From positions 1,240,001 through 1,304,000 of the forward strand of contig JAYWIR010000021.1 in NCBI GenBank assembly GCA_036172245.1: a stretch of 64,000 nt of DNA, written 5' to 3'. The notes under the pieces were generated by a model. The model saw only the letters and a list, made by a program, of their open reading frames with translations, was not told the DNA's origin and did not search any database. Shown here piece by piece: positions 14,001 to 26,069 of the stretch. Within the stretch, counting starts at the first letter, position 1. The number at the start of each line of letters is the position of its first letter. The position numbers and the translations under genes are program-made. The stretch is from Raillietiella orientalis (lineage: Eukaryota).

Positions 14001-14739
14001 ATTTAGGAGTTCAGAGCAGAAAGCCACTCAAATACACGGAAGCGGAGCGCGCGTCAGGCACAGCAGTATATTGCAACATTAAAAACGAATCTTGGAGATA
14101 CTTTTTTGGGGGATTTCCCAGTGTTTTTGTCGAAGCAGCAATTATTCTTCGACTTGTTTTGATTTTTTCATTTTCGTTGAAGAAAACAGCCCATCAAGTG
14201 ACAAAGGTGGATTCTTCGTTCCTCAGAGCTTGCCGTTCCCTCTGACTGCTCCCAAGATAACGCGTCCTCATATATCTTTGCTGTTACGTTGTGCACGATC
14301 ACATACAACTGTAAATATATACCAAGGCACGGATCAGTGATGCAGCACGGCGTTCCTTGTTTCAGTTTATGTGGTAAAACTTGGATACAATTTGGAAGTT
14401 TAATAGGTTAATCGGATGCAGTTGTCTCCATAGTTGAACTGGTCCCAGCACGCGATTATGTAAAAACACTGTGCAAGACAATTAGGTCGCGCTTCGAGGC
14501 TAAGCACGCTTTGCTGAGAAAAGGGAAATTTCCGAAAAAAATTCCCCTCATCCAAAGGAATCTGGACTGTAAGCAACATTTCCTTTATCGAGATCATTAT
14601 TTCCAGCAACGTTGCAGCCACACAACCCCACGCCCCCTTTTCCATCTAATGAAAGACAAAAGCCGGCCGAAGTCGACCCCTCAGCTAGTTGTGACCTAGT
14701 TCCTAGAGCGATGCTTCCTCTGGGTCACTGAATTTCACT

Positions 14740-17700
14740 CATCCCAGGGAACAAAATTCAAAAGATGTGAAGCATAGATTCTCCATCTGCCTGATGCGGA
14801 GTTTTCTCTCCCCACTGAATCCGAGAACCCGTTCCTAACGAAGCCAACGACCTTCAGACCTCGTCTCCTTGGCTGCGCGCGAAACTCCCGTTGACTAGGC
14901 AAACTCACTGCCAATGTCAACCACCGAAAAGGTTGAATTACGGGTGGGAGGCGCCCAGCATCAGCTTTGCTGAATCCAGAGCAGACCCCTTTCATCTCCC
15001 CCAGATCACCTGACCGTCTCGTTATTGTTGGGAGTGGCGCAGCATCTCATTCTTCTGTTCCCTTTGGACCGGTTTTGTCGGAAGGATCAGCCTACGATAC
15101 TAGGAGTCTGCCTCTTCAAAAGATGGAGTTCTCGTTCCTCCGGTCCACACATCGGCTGCTTGGGTACCCTCGTACCCGGTTGCGGAATCGCTGTGCTCAA
15201 ATTCGTCGAGTGATTCTGATCCACGGATCCTTTACAGGTCGATCAAGGTCCTGAAAGGTCACCCATTCTGCTGCACCTTGGTTTACGAACCAAGTTTCAG
15301 AAATCCCACGGCGATGCTGACCCTGTCCAACGTCCGGCAAGGTAGGAAGAGAACGAACATCAAAACTGTATTATAAAAGGGCATTAGAGAACATCGATAA
15401 AAGCCAACTTATCATTGAACTATCATTGAACACTATCATCAATAGCCATTTTCTCTAAAAGGTGTTTATACTCTTGAAGAAATCAGAAATCCCTGCAGGA
15501 TTCGGTAGAGATGGACTCTGCTAAAGATCCCCTCTGAGGAAGGAGAGGAGAACGGAACTGAAAGCCGTATTTCCTGATCTCGAAAAAGGTGATAGCGCCT
15601 GGTCATGGGTTCAGGTCCGCTTCCCAGGTCTGCACGGGAAAGGTTCTTTCGAGATGATGACACCACCTGGCTATCAGAAGACATGTCCCTGCAAACTCCC
15701 CTCGATGCGATCTTTGGACAAGTCGAACAGAAGTCCTCTCGAATGAATTGAAAAACACGGATGCAGTGGCAATTCGGCCTATCCTGGAGAGCAAAAACAG
15801 CAGCAACAGCAACGCAGACAAGGCATTTTGCTGTGCAAGGGGTTCTTTTATTCTTACGGAGGAGCACAAAACGTGTGTGGCTGCTGGGTGGATCAGGAAG
15901 AAAAAACAGGACGAACCTGGCAGTCACATGCGCAGCAATTCTGGACGATGATCACAGGCTTTGACATATCAATCACTGATCAATCACTGACGTGGTTCAG
16001 AAGACTTTCCATCAAGGCATGCCGCATGCTCCAGTCAGTGGAGATGCTGCGGGTATGGCCTTGGGATGCAGCAGTGGCGACAAGAGCTGAATGAGAACTA
16101 ACGTGGTTGCTGGCGCTCGGCAACCCTGTCCGTGAACGAAAGGAGCTTCGAGGTGCAAGGAGGAAAATCAGAAGTTCAGGGAGACCATCTTAAGAGTGGT
16201 TGAACCGACAGCAGCTCTGCAAAACACCCGGATCAACTGATACTGAGAGATAGGGAGTGTCTTGGGAACACACGCTGGCAGCCGGATGTACCAGTAACAA
16301 AGAGCAAAATGGCCGGCCATTCAGGATAAATAAAAAAAAAAAACATCATAACGCAGGGGTCCCATATGCGTCCCCTGTTCCATCTTACTATACCTGGGAA
16401 CGCATGACGCTGCCCTTAAACGAACATCATCGTCAGGGAAAAGATGCACAGATCAGGATACGCTGCCACTCGGTGGTCCTAGTCCCGACTCAAGTTCGTT
16501 TAACAAAATTTCTTTCTTCTCTCACAGAGAGCTTGCAGTGAAGAAAGGCAAGGATTGGCATGGAAGTCTCAGTTCCACTGACGATGAGAAGCGTCTTCGT
16601 TGACATCAGTGTGGGGCTACCACTCCGAGTCCTAGGAAGAGAATTGGAAAATGTGCACCTATCTCCGGACATGGGAGGAGAGCCGAGCATACAATGCTGG
16701 ATGGAGTCACGATTTCTATGATTGAAGCTGGAACGAGCTCTTCGTCAAAGCAGAAGAGTAGCCTAAGTCCCTGCTGCGTTCACGTAGACATGCATCGCTC
16801 AGGGAGCTGTAGAAGACAGGCCTCAAGAGCAAGGCTTCGAAGCCCTTGGTACTTCCCGAGCAACGTCCCGACGAAATTGTGTTTCTACTCTTAAGTACAG
16901 TTTCGAATGTGAATGTCACCGGACGTTCAAAAGCCTGGAAGTGCCAGCCGAATGACTACCACACCGAGACCAGACAGTTGTGCATCCACATATCAGTGAA
17001 GACCACACCCATGATGGTCGGTGTTCCCCCACGGAAAGCGTGCATCCAGGTGCATATCTCACGGTAGCCGTGAGGCCATCTTGAAAAAAGTCCGCCGCCT
17101 TCCAGCAATTCCTAGGGGAAGGAAAAGATACATCCAGAGGCTCGAAGCAGAGGATGGACTGATCATGAGCACTACGCTCACGATGGTATCCATTCGTTTT
17201 CCGAGGTTCCTTAGAAGAATGCCACTGCGGAAAACAACGGAAACAGTATTGAGTGCAGAGCGACTGGAAGCGCTGGAATATCAATTGAGCACGCACGTTC
17301 GGTGGCAAATTTCGAATTTGAGCTCACGGTGCATCACTTGCGTCGAAGCGAGCAATGGTGGGAATCACCAGGTCACGGCAGGCCGGCGATAGAGGGGTCC
17401 ACGAACAGAGCCGTTGCTCTCGAAAATCATACGTGGAGTCGGCAAAAAGTTCTTTTAGAAGGACCGCGCGCGCGTGCCAATCCGCTAGGAGTCGACTTTG
17501 AACGGTCGCGTGAACTGCACGCACTGCAACACATCGAAATGAGGATGCACCGATTAGTGCACCATCAGCTACTAAAATTGAAAAATCGAGGGACCACTCG
17601 TCCCTATTCTAAGTGGGGATCTGTGGTTTCCAAAAGCCCACCAGTAAGTTATTTTGCTGGGCGCCAAGAGTGTATCGTCTGGCAAAGAACTTTCGCACCT

Positions 17701-17900
17701 TCTGGATAGCTGAACTCTTGAAACCGACCAGGAATTTCCTACCGTGAATGGCTGTACATGATGGTATATGGGGTATACTAACGTTCAAGTACTCTGCAGC
17801 TTTGCCGAAAGACATGGACGAATCACTTCGAAAGATGGGTGTAATTCTGATGCTCATAAGAAAATCATCCATGAGGCGTTTTGGTTTTAAAGTCGGCAAG
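14740..17900 (+). mobile_element. Further heavily decayed retroelement fragments
   Basis: GC-richer broken frames with PNDYH..QLCI..K (~16948, resembles RT PxDYRPI) and a C..QHLIL knuckle-like remnant (~15020-15060); boundaries uncertain. Confidence 0.35.
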
Positions 17901-18299
17901 GAATTGAAACGATGATTTGTTTTCCTTTTTTACATATATATGTAAAAAAAAAAAAAAAAAGTTTGTGGCCTAGTGTTTAACAGCAAAATGAAAATCCTGG
18001 AAAAGAAGTCAGTAATGGGGAGAAATGGTGGGAAACCAGATATGGTTTCAGAATGGCACTTGTGTCGATTCTCATAAAAAGTAATAAAATAATCTTAAGA
18101 AACTCGTGAGATGGAAAAGAAATGGAATACAATAAGGACAAGCAGGAATACATCTAGTGTTCTCTTCGAACACTACGCCGGGATGCATGTGGAAAGTGTT
18201 AACCGAGATATTAAATTGTGTACATTCTGATGTAGAAAAAACAGTGAAATGATGGCGGGTTGGCCATTACAAAAGAATATCTCGTAAGGAGTACGAGTG

Positions 18300-19000
18300 G
18301 AAGAAATCCGTGCCGCTGCGTTACCGTGATGATTCTGGACTTCGCTGCCGCGCCCTGCTCAGTGTTCCCAGGTTCACATCCTGCATGCTCCTTTTTCGGT
18401 CCTTCATTTCGACTCAGGAATAGGATGCAGTAAGAACTTTCCTGCTTGCGAGGAGAACTGCGTCCCGTGGACCAACTCTGCACGTGGGGGGAAAGAAAAA
18501 GTGTTGCGTCCCGTGCGCGAAAGTGTTTCTGCAGCCAGGGGTCTCAGCAGCAGCGTGTTGTGAACTTGGAATTTCCGAGCCCGGAGCTCGCCGAGGACCA
18601 TTCGACCAAAGACGGCAGCGGAACGGCCTCTAAATGGGGGGGAGGGAGGAGACTTTCTTTCCTCGGCCCCGCGCGGAAAACAGCACCGTCTGCTGCTCGC
18701 GGCGAACACACCGCCTCCGCGCGTGGTGGTGTCCGTGGTGGTGGTGGTGGTGGTGGTGGTGCTGCTGCTGCTCCCCGCGAAGAACGCGGTTGCCGTGGAC
18801 GCAGAGTGAGAAGAGGTAAAGAGGTGGACCCGTTGCTTACGCGGGACGCAACCCCTTTTCTTCCAGCCAGCAAGAGATGCGGCGCCGCACGTGCCTTCTC
18901 CAGTTGCCTTGGGATATCTGCTGAGGACGGTCGGATGCGCCGCCTCGGTCAAGGTTAGGATAGTTGCCAACAGTTTCCAGTTGTTACTGTCGACCATACA
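18300..19000. promoter_or_regulatory. CpG-rich probable promoter/5' exon of AGAP, divergent from the DELE1-like gene; contains (GGT)n(GCT)n tract at 18736-18772
   Basis: High GC/CpG; minus-strand donor candidates (GTAAGC ~18840, GTAACG ~18324); AGAP requires an upstream exon. Confidence 0.55.
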
Positions 19001-19372
19001 CCCGTTTGTAAGTCAAAGTGTGGATCGGCATTCTTTTTTTGGAAAGAATTATGCGTACTTGTTTTAGAAATCATGTATTTGTTCCCCCCACCCTTTACGG
19101 TTTTGATGTACAGTACGTGCACGTACGTACACACGTTGTTTTCGATGTGCAGATGTGATCCGATTTTCATTAAAAATTAATAAACGGGTTCTTGTGATGG
19201 ATGGGTTGATTGAATTTTAATAAAACCTGAAGTGCCTTCTCAAATGCTGTGTTTTTAACATTAGCACTGGGTACGCGAAAGTATATATATTTTTTCTTCC
19301 TTCCCCTCTCTTATAGGCCGTACGCAGAAACGACGCAGTATCCGAACATTGGCTACTGGCACATTACGAAAG

Positions 19373-20253
19373 ATGGCCAAGTTTCTGACAGGTACCCGAA
19401 AATTCAGATGCCCGAATGTACATGTGTTTCTTTTTTTTTGCAGGCCCCAAGCTCTTCCACTTGGCCAGAACAAATTTATGCCACTCGCAAACCAATAATT
19501 GCACATCAAATCACAATCAAAAAGACCATGACGATAAGTGGAATCGGAAGGAGCAGTCGGGGATTTTTGAACACAATGCTTCAAAGTCGAAACGCGAATC
19601 GTTTTCGAAAACATGTGGCTTGGTAAAAAATCGGGGATCCTTTTCCTCCTGTCCGGGAGGAATTACTGGGACTTTGGTGTTAGGGTTCCATGCTGGCACT
19701 AAACTGGAGTTTATCACAGCCATACTTGAGGGAAAATCAAGAACAGAAACGAAAAAACAGCACAGTAAACAGTCCCTCCTTGCTTTCAATAGTTGAACAT
19801 AACAGATATTTGCATTCACTGTCACATTCCACCTCTAAGGTAACACAACAAAAAACAATGCACTGCAGGTACCTGAATTTTCTTTTTCCAGTCGTTGACA
19901 AAAGCGTGCTTACAGCTTTTGCAGTGTCAAGACCTAGTTATAAGCGAGGAACAGTTATCCAGAGGAGAAGAATGGGAAGCCCATCAACAGTGGTCACAAG
20001 CCTTGTGCTGCTATCGTATTTCATCCCGTGTGGGAAATGCAGAGGCAGCCTTCAGATTAGGCTGTATTTATGAAAGAGGTCTCAGAGTGTCCAGAGATCT
20101 CCAGAAGGTATTTACATTAAAAAAAATAATAAGCAGAAATATGCAAAACATTCGCAGGCTTTCATGTATTACCAGATAGCATGTGAAAGAGGCCATGAGG
20201 CAGCCTGCACACATTTAACATGCTTGCTGAAACAAGCCCAAAGCAAAGCATGA
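19373..20253 (+). CDS. DELE1: Short DELE1-like Sel1-repeat protein (5 exons)
   Basis: Spliced model MAKFLT|GPKLF...KTCGL|GSMLALNWSLSQ...STSK|SLTKACLQ...GNAEAAFRLGCIYERGLRVSRDLQK|AFMYYQIACERGHEAA..*; GT-AG introns e.g. 19392-19443, 19623-19683; Sel1 consensus clear, orthology inferred. Confidence 0.65.
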
Positions 20254-20303
20254 AATGCAATTGAGCATGCATTGCCCCAAAAGGCTGGTGAAACAAAAGT
20301 TGC

Positions 20304-21665
20304 TCAAAAGAAATTGGCCACACTCTCTTCCAAAAATCGTTTATATGATGCCATGAATCGTGCAGCAAATGCTTCCAGATGATAAATGGGCTTGCTGCCC
20401 AAGTGTAGCCTATGCTCATAATGTGCTGCTCCATGCACAACCTGTGCCTTTAGCTGACCATCCAAATTCTGAACTAAACCTTTGATCAGTTCCTGAAATG
20501 GCAATGTTTCCGTTTTGAAGATTAATGGGTTTGGTTTACCTCCATCACCAAACTTGCAGGAATACAATGACTTAAAAGTTCATAGAATCTCTGACGCACT
20601 TCTTGTAATTTGCGAGGAGACTGTTCCTCTAGCATGCACTTTACTGTCTGCTGTATATACAGCTGCCAATCAGGGATGCTCACAGACTGATCTGCAGATA
20701 ATGGGGTTCTGGGATATTCTGTCAGTGCCCCTCTCTCTTTTTTTCCCCTCCCAAAATACACTTACTTTTCCACACGACATGCTTCACACATGAGCAAAGC
20801 ACGTCTCAAGTTTCTTCCTGACTGTTTTGCAATGCGCTCTCCTAATTCTGGTGGCAACACAAGTCCTTCTTTCTTGCAAACTTTCTGTGATAACATTAAA
20901 GTTATTACTGACAATGATGCTTGTTTACTTTTAAAATAGTAGCAATCTCCTTGTGTGTAGGAGCAGCCACACGAATTGGAAGACAGCGGCTTTGAATGGC
21001 TTTAGTCAGTCTGTTGGTTGAGATGCAGCACAAAATCAAGCGACAATTAGCTGTGTGTTTTTCCATGGTCCGCCTCAAAGCATGCTGCGCATCACGTGTC
21101 AACTTATCTGCCTCCAACAGCAAGACCACTGTCACAAAGGGCATTCACGATTCTTTTGATCCATTTCCTGTGTGAAACCTACCTTTGAAACTGCGCTGTG
21201 AAACACTGTCAAACTGCTGTGTCTGTGCTACCATTTTGACTAACTCTTGGATGACGATACGATCATAAATACCAGCATCACTAGCATTGACCTCAATGTG
21301 GTAATTACTGTCCCTAGTTTCAATATCAACTTTACGATTTGATGGTGTCTGTGAAACAATCAGCACTGATAGTAATAATGATGAACCAAACCTTGAAACT
21401 ATGGGACTCTATTCGTAATCGCTGAACTCCATTCCCATATAATTCATGAAGCAAACACATAATGCGTGTTTTCTTCCCAGCTCCTGATGGACCAAAAAAC
21501 AACAAATGTGGGAAGTCTCCATTTTGAACCTTTTTCCAATACATGCACTTTTATCATTCAAACAACCAATGATATTACCAAGTTCTTCAAGCAGACAGCT
21601 TGCTTCTCATGATAATCCAATTTTGTTAAAGAAACAGGGCGATATTTATCAACCCATAAACTCAT
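20304..21665 (-). CDS. RFC3: Replication factor C subunit 3 (multi-exon)
   Basis: MSLWVDKYRP start, Walker A GPSGAGKKT, EADKLTRDAQHALRRTMEK, SRC motif, C-terminal HLEAFAARFM; short GT-AG introns. Confidence 0.97.
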
Positions 21666-21845
21666 GATACTTGTATTCACAATCTACAAGCTAACATCTA
21701 AAAAGCAGATACAATCTAAGGCATCAAATAATTTTTCTCCAAATCAGATATACACATTGTATTTCATTAATAATTGGCTTTCATAAGTACACTAACGTTG
21801 TAGGCATATTAAACACATCCTTTCAGATGAGCACACACCATGTTT

Positions 21846-22460
21846 CTAGTATACTGGTCCATCATCTAAATTATCATCAGAATCATCCAAGTATGATTCA
21901 CCATTGTCAAAGTACGCATTCATGTAATCATTGCCTTCATCCAATTCCTCATCCACTTCTTCCTCAATCTCCTTTTCTTCTTCATCTTCCTCTTCATTTG
22001 TCTTCTCATCCTTGTTTTCATCTTTAGCATCACTTTCACCTGCCACTTCGGAATCAAAACGGAGTTTTTTGGGTTTTATGGCATTTTGGACAATGATAGG
22101 CTTTCTCTTCACTAATTTGGTATCAAAAAGTTCCTTAGGGAATCGTGAACGATCACAATGTTGAAATTCATCTTTCTTTGTCTTGGCTACCTGATATTTG
22201 TCTGAGTATCTGTCTATATCAGTTTTGTTGTTGGCAGGGGCCAAGTAATATGGAGAATCTTGCATATAAAATCTGAAGGCTTTTCTTAATTCCAATAAAC
22301 ATTTATGGTCTTCATCCTCCCTCAGTGGTAATGGTTTATTATCCAAAACGGGAAACAAGGGAGGAGGTTGCAAAACCGGTAGGGGCAAAGGATCTCCTTT
22401 TTGAAATCCCACATGCTCAATGCTAAAAGAAAGCTTTCCTCTGCCTCTTCCCCTTTGCAT
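21846..22460 (-). CDS. POLR3G: RNA polymerase III subunit RPC7 (C31), intronless, 204 aa
   Basis: MQRGRGRG..LQPPPLFP..SPYY..DRYSDKY..RFPKEL, acidic tail, GNDYMNAYFDNGE motif. Confidence 0.93.
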   Translation of the reverse strand: MQRGRGRGKLSFSIEHVGFQKGDPLPLPVLQPPPLFPVLDNKPLPLREDEDHKCLLELRKAFRFYMQDSPYYLAPANNKTDIDRYSDKYQVAKTKKDEFQHCDRSRFPKELFDTKLVKRKPIIVQNAIKPKKLRFDSEVAGESDAKDENKDEKTNEEEDEEEKEIEEEVDEELDEGNDYMNAYFDNGESYLDDSDDNLDDGPVY

Positions 22461-22479
22461 TTTCAAAACATGCAAAACA

Positions 22480-23890
22480 CGGAGCCAATCGGTTCGAAGC
22501 CGATAATCTTTTGGAAACGAATCCCAATTTACAATGCGGAATGAGGTTTTCACGTAAACGGAATAGTTCACCACCGCCGAATTGGCAGCAATACAACGGA
22601 CAATAGCGCGTGCTGCATCAAGAACCCTCTTCGGGAATCTTCAAAAATGATCAACGATGGTATACTCACTCCAGAACGACACTCAAAAGCATTCTCGTTT
22701 TTCTACTTGAACACCCACACGGCCTCACTTCACGCAGCAGCACACACTTTCCATCGTCTCGTAAGTCACATGACCCGGTATCGAACGGCCCCTCGAAACG
22801 AACACTTTTCCCCCCTTCCTTGCTTTTCCGGGCCTGGGAATGATACCCAGTCTGCCAGGTCCTATTCTGGAACCTATTCTGGATTCCCACGCCGGGTCAG
22901 GGCACGGTTTCCCTCCAAAATCGCTCCTCCCGTCCGAAGGGGCAAACGGCAAACCCATCGCGGCGGAAAGCGCCCTTCCGTGGGATTCGTGAAACGGAGA
23001 AACCTCGGCTTGGATTTTCAGTTGGCCCACGGTCAACGTTTGCACGAAAACGCGAGGGGCTGCCCGACAAAGTTGGAGGGCATGCCCGCCCCGTCCGCGG
23101 GCCGCCAATCCGCACAACAATGGCGTTGCGGTCTCGGAGCGGCCGTCCACCCGCGGGCCACGGGGGCTTCGACGGCACCGAGCTGCTTGCTGCTGCTTTC
23201 AGTGAAAGAATCTCTCCCCCCCTCCCCCCCCCCCCACTCCCTCGCTCGCTCGCAGAATGGCACGCGCCCTTGTTTTTCCCCTTCGTCTTCATTTTTCGTC
23301 TCCATCATCGTCATTTTTCACGTCACATTACCGGAAAAAGCTCCAAACCTTGCCAAGAGCACTTCCACCAGCAAGGTTGAAGGACGCACTCTTACCGGTG
23401 CGTGGGGGCGTGTAAAAACAGAAAAGATCTTTTGCAAATAGAGGCAAAAGACTGATCTGCATTGTTTTGGTCCCAAATCAGCATCCGATCCACAGAACTC
23501 CCTGGAAGGAAAGGCGCTTTTCCGAGCAGCAAGAAGAAGGCATCGTACGACGCCCGTCGCTGCAACCGGCACACACGAAGAGAGCAAAGTCCACTCGCAA
23601 AAGCACGCCGGATGTTGAGAGGAATCACCGATTCTAAGAGGCGCTGTAGCTGCTCTTTCGAGCTCAGGGATAAGTCGTCAGAGACAGCGAAAAGGGATCG
23701 TTCATATAAGCTGTCTCCACTCGAAACGGCTCTTACTGTAACAGCCTGACAGGAAGGTTTGGCCGCTGCAGAGTTTTCGCGCCATTTTCTTCACCGCTTT
23801 CTCCTGCTACGCCCGCTACTTCATCTCCGTTAACCCCATATCGCCTTTTCGAAAGGAATGCTGGGACTCCAGGCCGAGGTGTATGTACTC
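22480..23890. promoter_or_regulatory. CpG-rich divergent promoter region (POLR3G/RFC3 leftward; probable non-coding first exon of CGRRF1 rightward)
   Basis: High CpG; CCAAT at 22485; overlapping E2F-like TTTCGCGC and YY1-like GCCATTTT at 23775-23788; donor-like GTATGT at 23881. Confidence 0.55.
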
Positions 23891-23965
23891 AAGCGAATGC
23901 CCTGCCATAGTTTTATGAAAAATAGAAAACTTGAGAATCTGTGGCACTGGAAAAATTCAAAATGG

Positions 23966-24660
23966 TGCCGTAATTCTTCAAGATAGGGGGTACCCTGGGA
24001 TGGGTCCGCCCTATGAATCCAGGAAGGACTCGGAGTCCGTTCCTCTCACGCCTGGGGAGGGATCCCCGGAAATGGAGATCACCTCCACCCTGGTTGTCTC
24101 CGAAGGGGAATCCAAAAGGGAATTTTCTTCCTCATTCTCTCCGGAGGACCCCCGGGGGAATCCGCTCCATTCCTTCATCTCTGAAGGGAATCCGGAAAGG
24201 ATCCTCTCCTGGAATTCATTCTCCGGAGGTATCCCCCTCAAGGGATCCGCTCCTCTTTTTACTCCTCTGAAGAGAACCCAGAAAGGACGCTTCCGGAATT
24301 CAGAAGGGCGCAGCTTCCCCGAAGGGATCGGCTCGCGTCTCTGCACTCTCTGGAGAAATGGTGGCGACACACCCACTCCATCAGTCCGATACGGAGGGGT
24401 GCCCCCCGTAATGGGGGGTTCACTCCTTCACAATAAGAGGGGAGCTCCCACTCCGTGATTCTTGGGAGGACCCGGAGGTCGACTCCCATTTGTCCCGGCC
24501 CTCATCGAGGGCATGCGGTTTTAACCGCTACCCGTGTCGCACCCGGATGAATGTAGGCCGACCAGCGTCATCTTGTGGGGTGAACTCGGAACCCACGGCG
24601 CACTGCGCCGATTCCTTCGGGGTATTCTCGAACCCACGATGCATGGTGCCACGCGCGGAG
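23966..24660 (+). repeat. ~690 bp GC-rich element, copy A, with internal ~40 nt hairpin repeat units
   Basis: Aligns by eye to the reverse complement of 27210-27856 (shared TCTTCAAG.TAGGGG.TACCC, CCTATGAATCCAGGAAGG, CCTCTGAAGAGAA, CTTCCCCGAAGGG, ACCAGCG.CATC). Confidence 0.85.
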
Positions 24661-24899
24661 ACCACCGTAAGCACACGGCCTCCGACACGGGCATTTTTCT
24701 TCGATAGCAACATAAAAGGGTTGGATGATTGGTAGTTTGTTGCAAACACTTTTTTTTTCCTAGTTAACAACTGATCGCATGACCAGATAATCTGAATACG
24801 CGCTCTCGCTTCATCCTGACCATGTCCTCCGGCCGATTCTTTTTCCCACCGTTTCAAAGAGCGCTTCCTGTTATTCGAAGATTCTTACCTTTCTTAGTA

Positions 24900-26050
24900 G
24901 TTGCGGGTCATGAACCCAATAAGGTGGTGGGCATCGTCTTGTAGTAGAATATGTGCTTTGGCTTGTGATTACTCATGAATGAGGTGTGTATGCAGTGAAA
25001 AGTAGCTTCTAGGTAAGAGTATATGTGTTGAGGAAAGAAGAAACGAAAGAGAATATGGGGACAAGATGAAAAAATTATATAGTGAGCTCCGTGAATCGTA
25101 CTGGATCTATCTTACGGCTTAAAACTGTGGATGACAGTGGAAGAATCGATTCTGAGAGAATGCTGGAAATAAAAAGATGAAGATGACTGTTGCCTAAGGA
25201 ATGAATTTCGAAAGAGATTCAGGTGCCTGATGGGATATGTAATCAAAGCGACAAGTATTCCTTTGTAAAACAATTAGTAGCGCTTCAGTGAGGAAGGAAA
25301 GTTTGTAATTTGAGGAAATGAGGAGGAATGCATTGATCGGAAACACTAGGACATCTCCGGACAAGAAGCAATGAATCGGGAAATTATCCGCGGAGAAACG
25401 ATTCTCTTTGGTTGAAGTTGGTGCAATGAACACACATCGCTGGACATCAAGTTTTCTCCCATAGCAACATGCAGGGGTTGGATGATTGGTTCTGAAGTCT
25501 CAAGTGAAGGAGGAGTGATGGGGCAAAAACATTTCAGAGCTGCCCTTCGTGCCCTGGAGGGTTTCCTGTTTTGTGCTTTCTAAAAACAAAATTCGGAAAT
25601 AAAGAGCAATGCAATGCCGAAGACAATACTTTCTAATCGTTCTTATTTAGTCGAACGAACGACCACGTCAGTTTGTAGAGGTGGTTGGCATGGGATTAAA
25701 TCAAAAATGGATTGTGAAAGAGATCTTTGAACTTTAATTTGTTGATGTTGAGTAGGGAGCAGTGCTTTTTAATTTGCCGATAAATTGGAGGGTAATAGAC
25801 TAATGATTTTGTAAGGGGCTTGTAAGCCGCTCAGAAGATGGCCATAGTTGTACTGCTTCTGGGTCTTAATATTGGAGAAATAGCATAAGCACGGGACCTT
25901 GAAGATTTAGAAAGAAAGGTCTCCACTTTTCTTAGAGAAGCTTAAGGTTTTAATGCCGATAGGATCGAAAGTGTTTCATGTAATTTTTATGAGGAGACCT
26001 TCTCTCCAAGAACATTCATCTTCCAACATGCCGATGTAATTGTGATTGAA
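24900..26050 (-). mobile_element. Probable decayed L1/Tx1-like C-terminal fragment
   Basis: Broken minus-strand frame with KDLFHNPFL-type segment; weak. Confidence 0.3.
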
Positions 26051-26069
26051 AAAATTCTTAAACATCATA

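Noticed and set aside
18404..18997. ORFs with poly-Thr, poly-Gly or poly-Pro
   Set aside because: Produced by the (GGT)n tract in a CpG-rich promoter region.
22461..22574. N-terminal extension of the RPC7 ORF in the track
   Set aside because: Non-ATG start; homology begins at MQRGRGRG.
24030..24340. CRISPR-like array of hairpin repeats
   Set aside because: Units are degenerate and contiguous without unique spacers; eukaryotic context, no cas genes.
23931..24458. 175 aa ORF as a protein-coding gene
   Set aside because: Frame is not conserved in the inverted copy; it arises from GC-rich tandem units.
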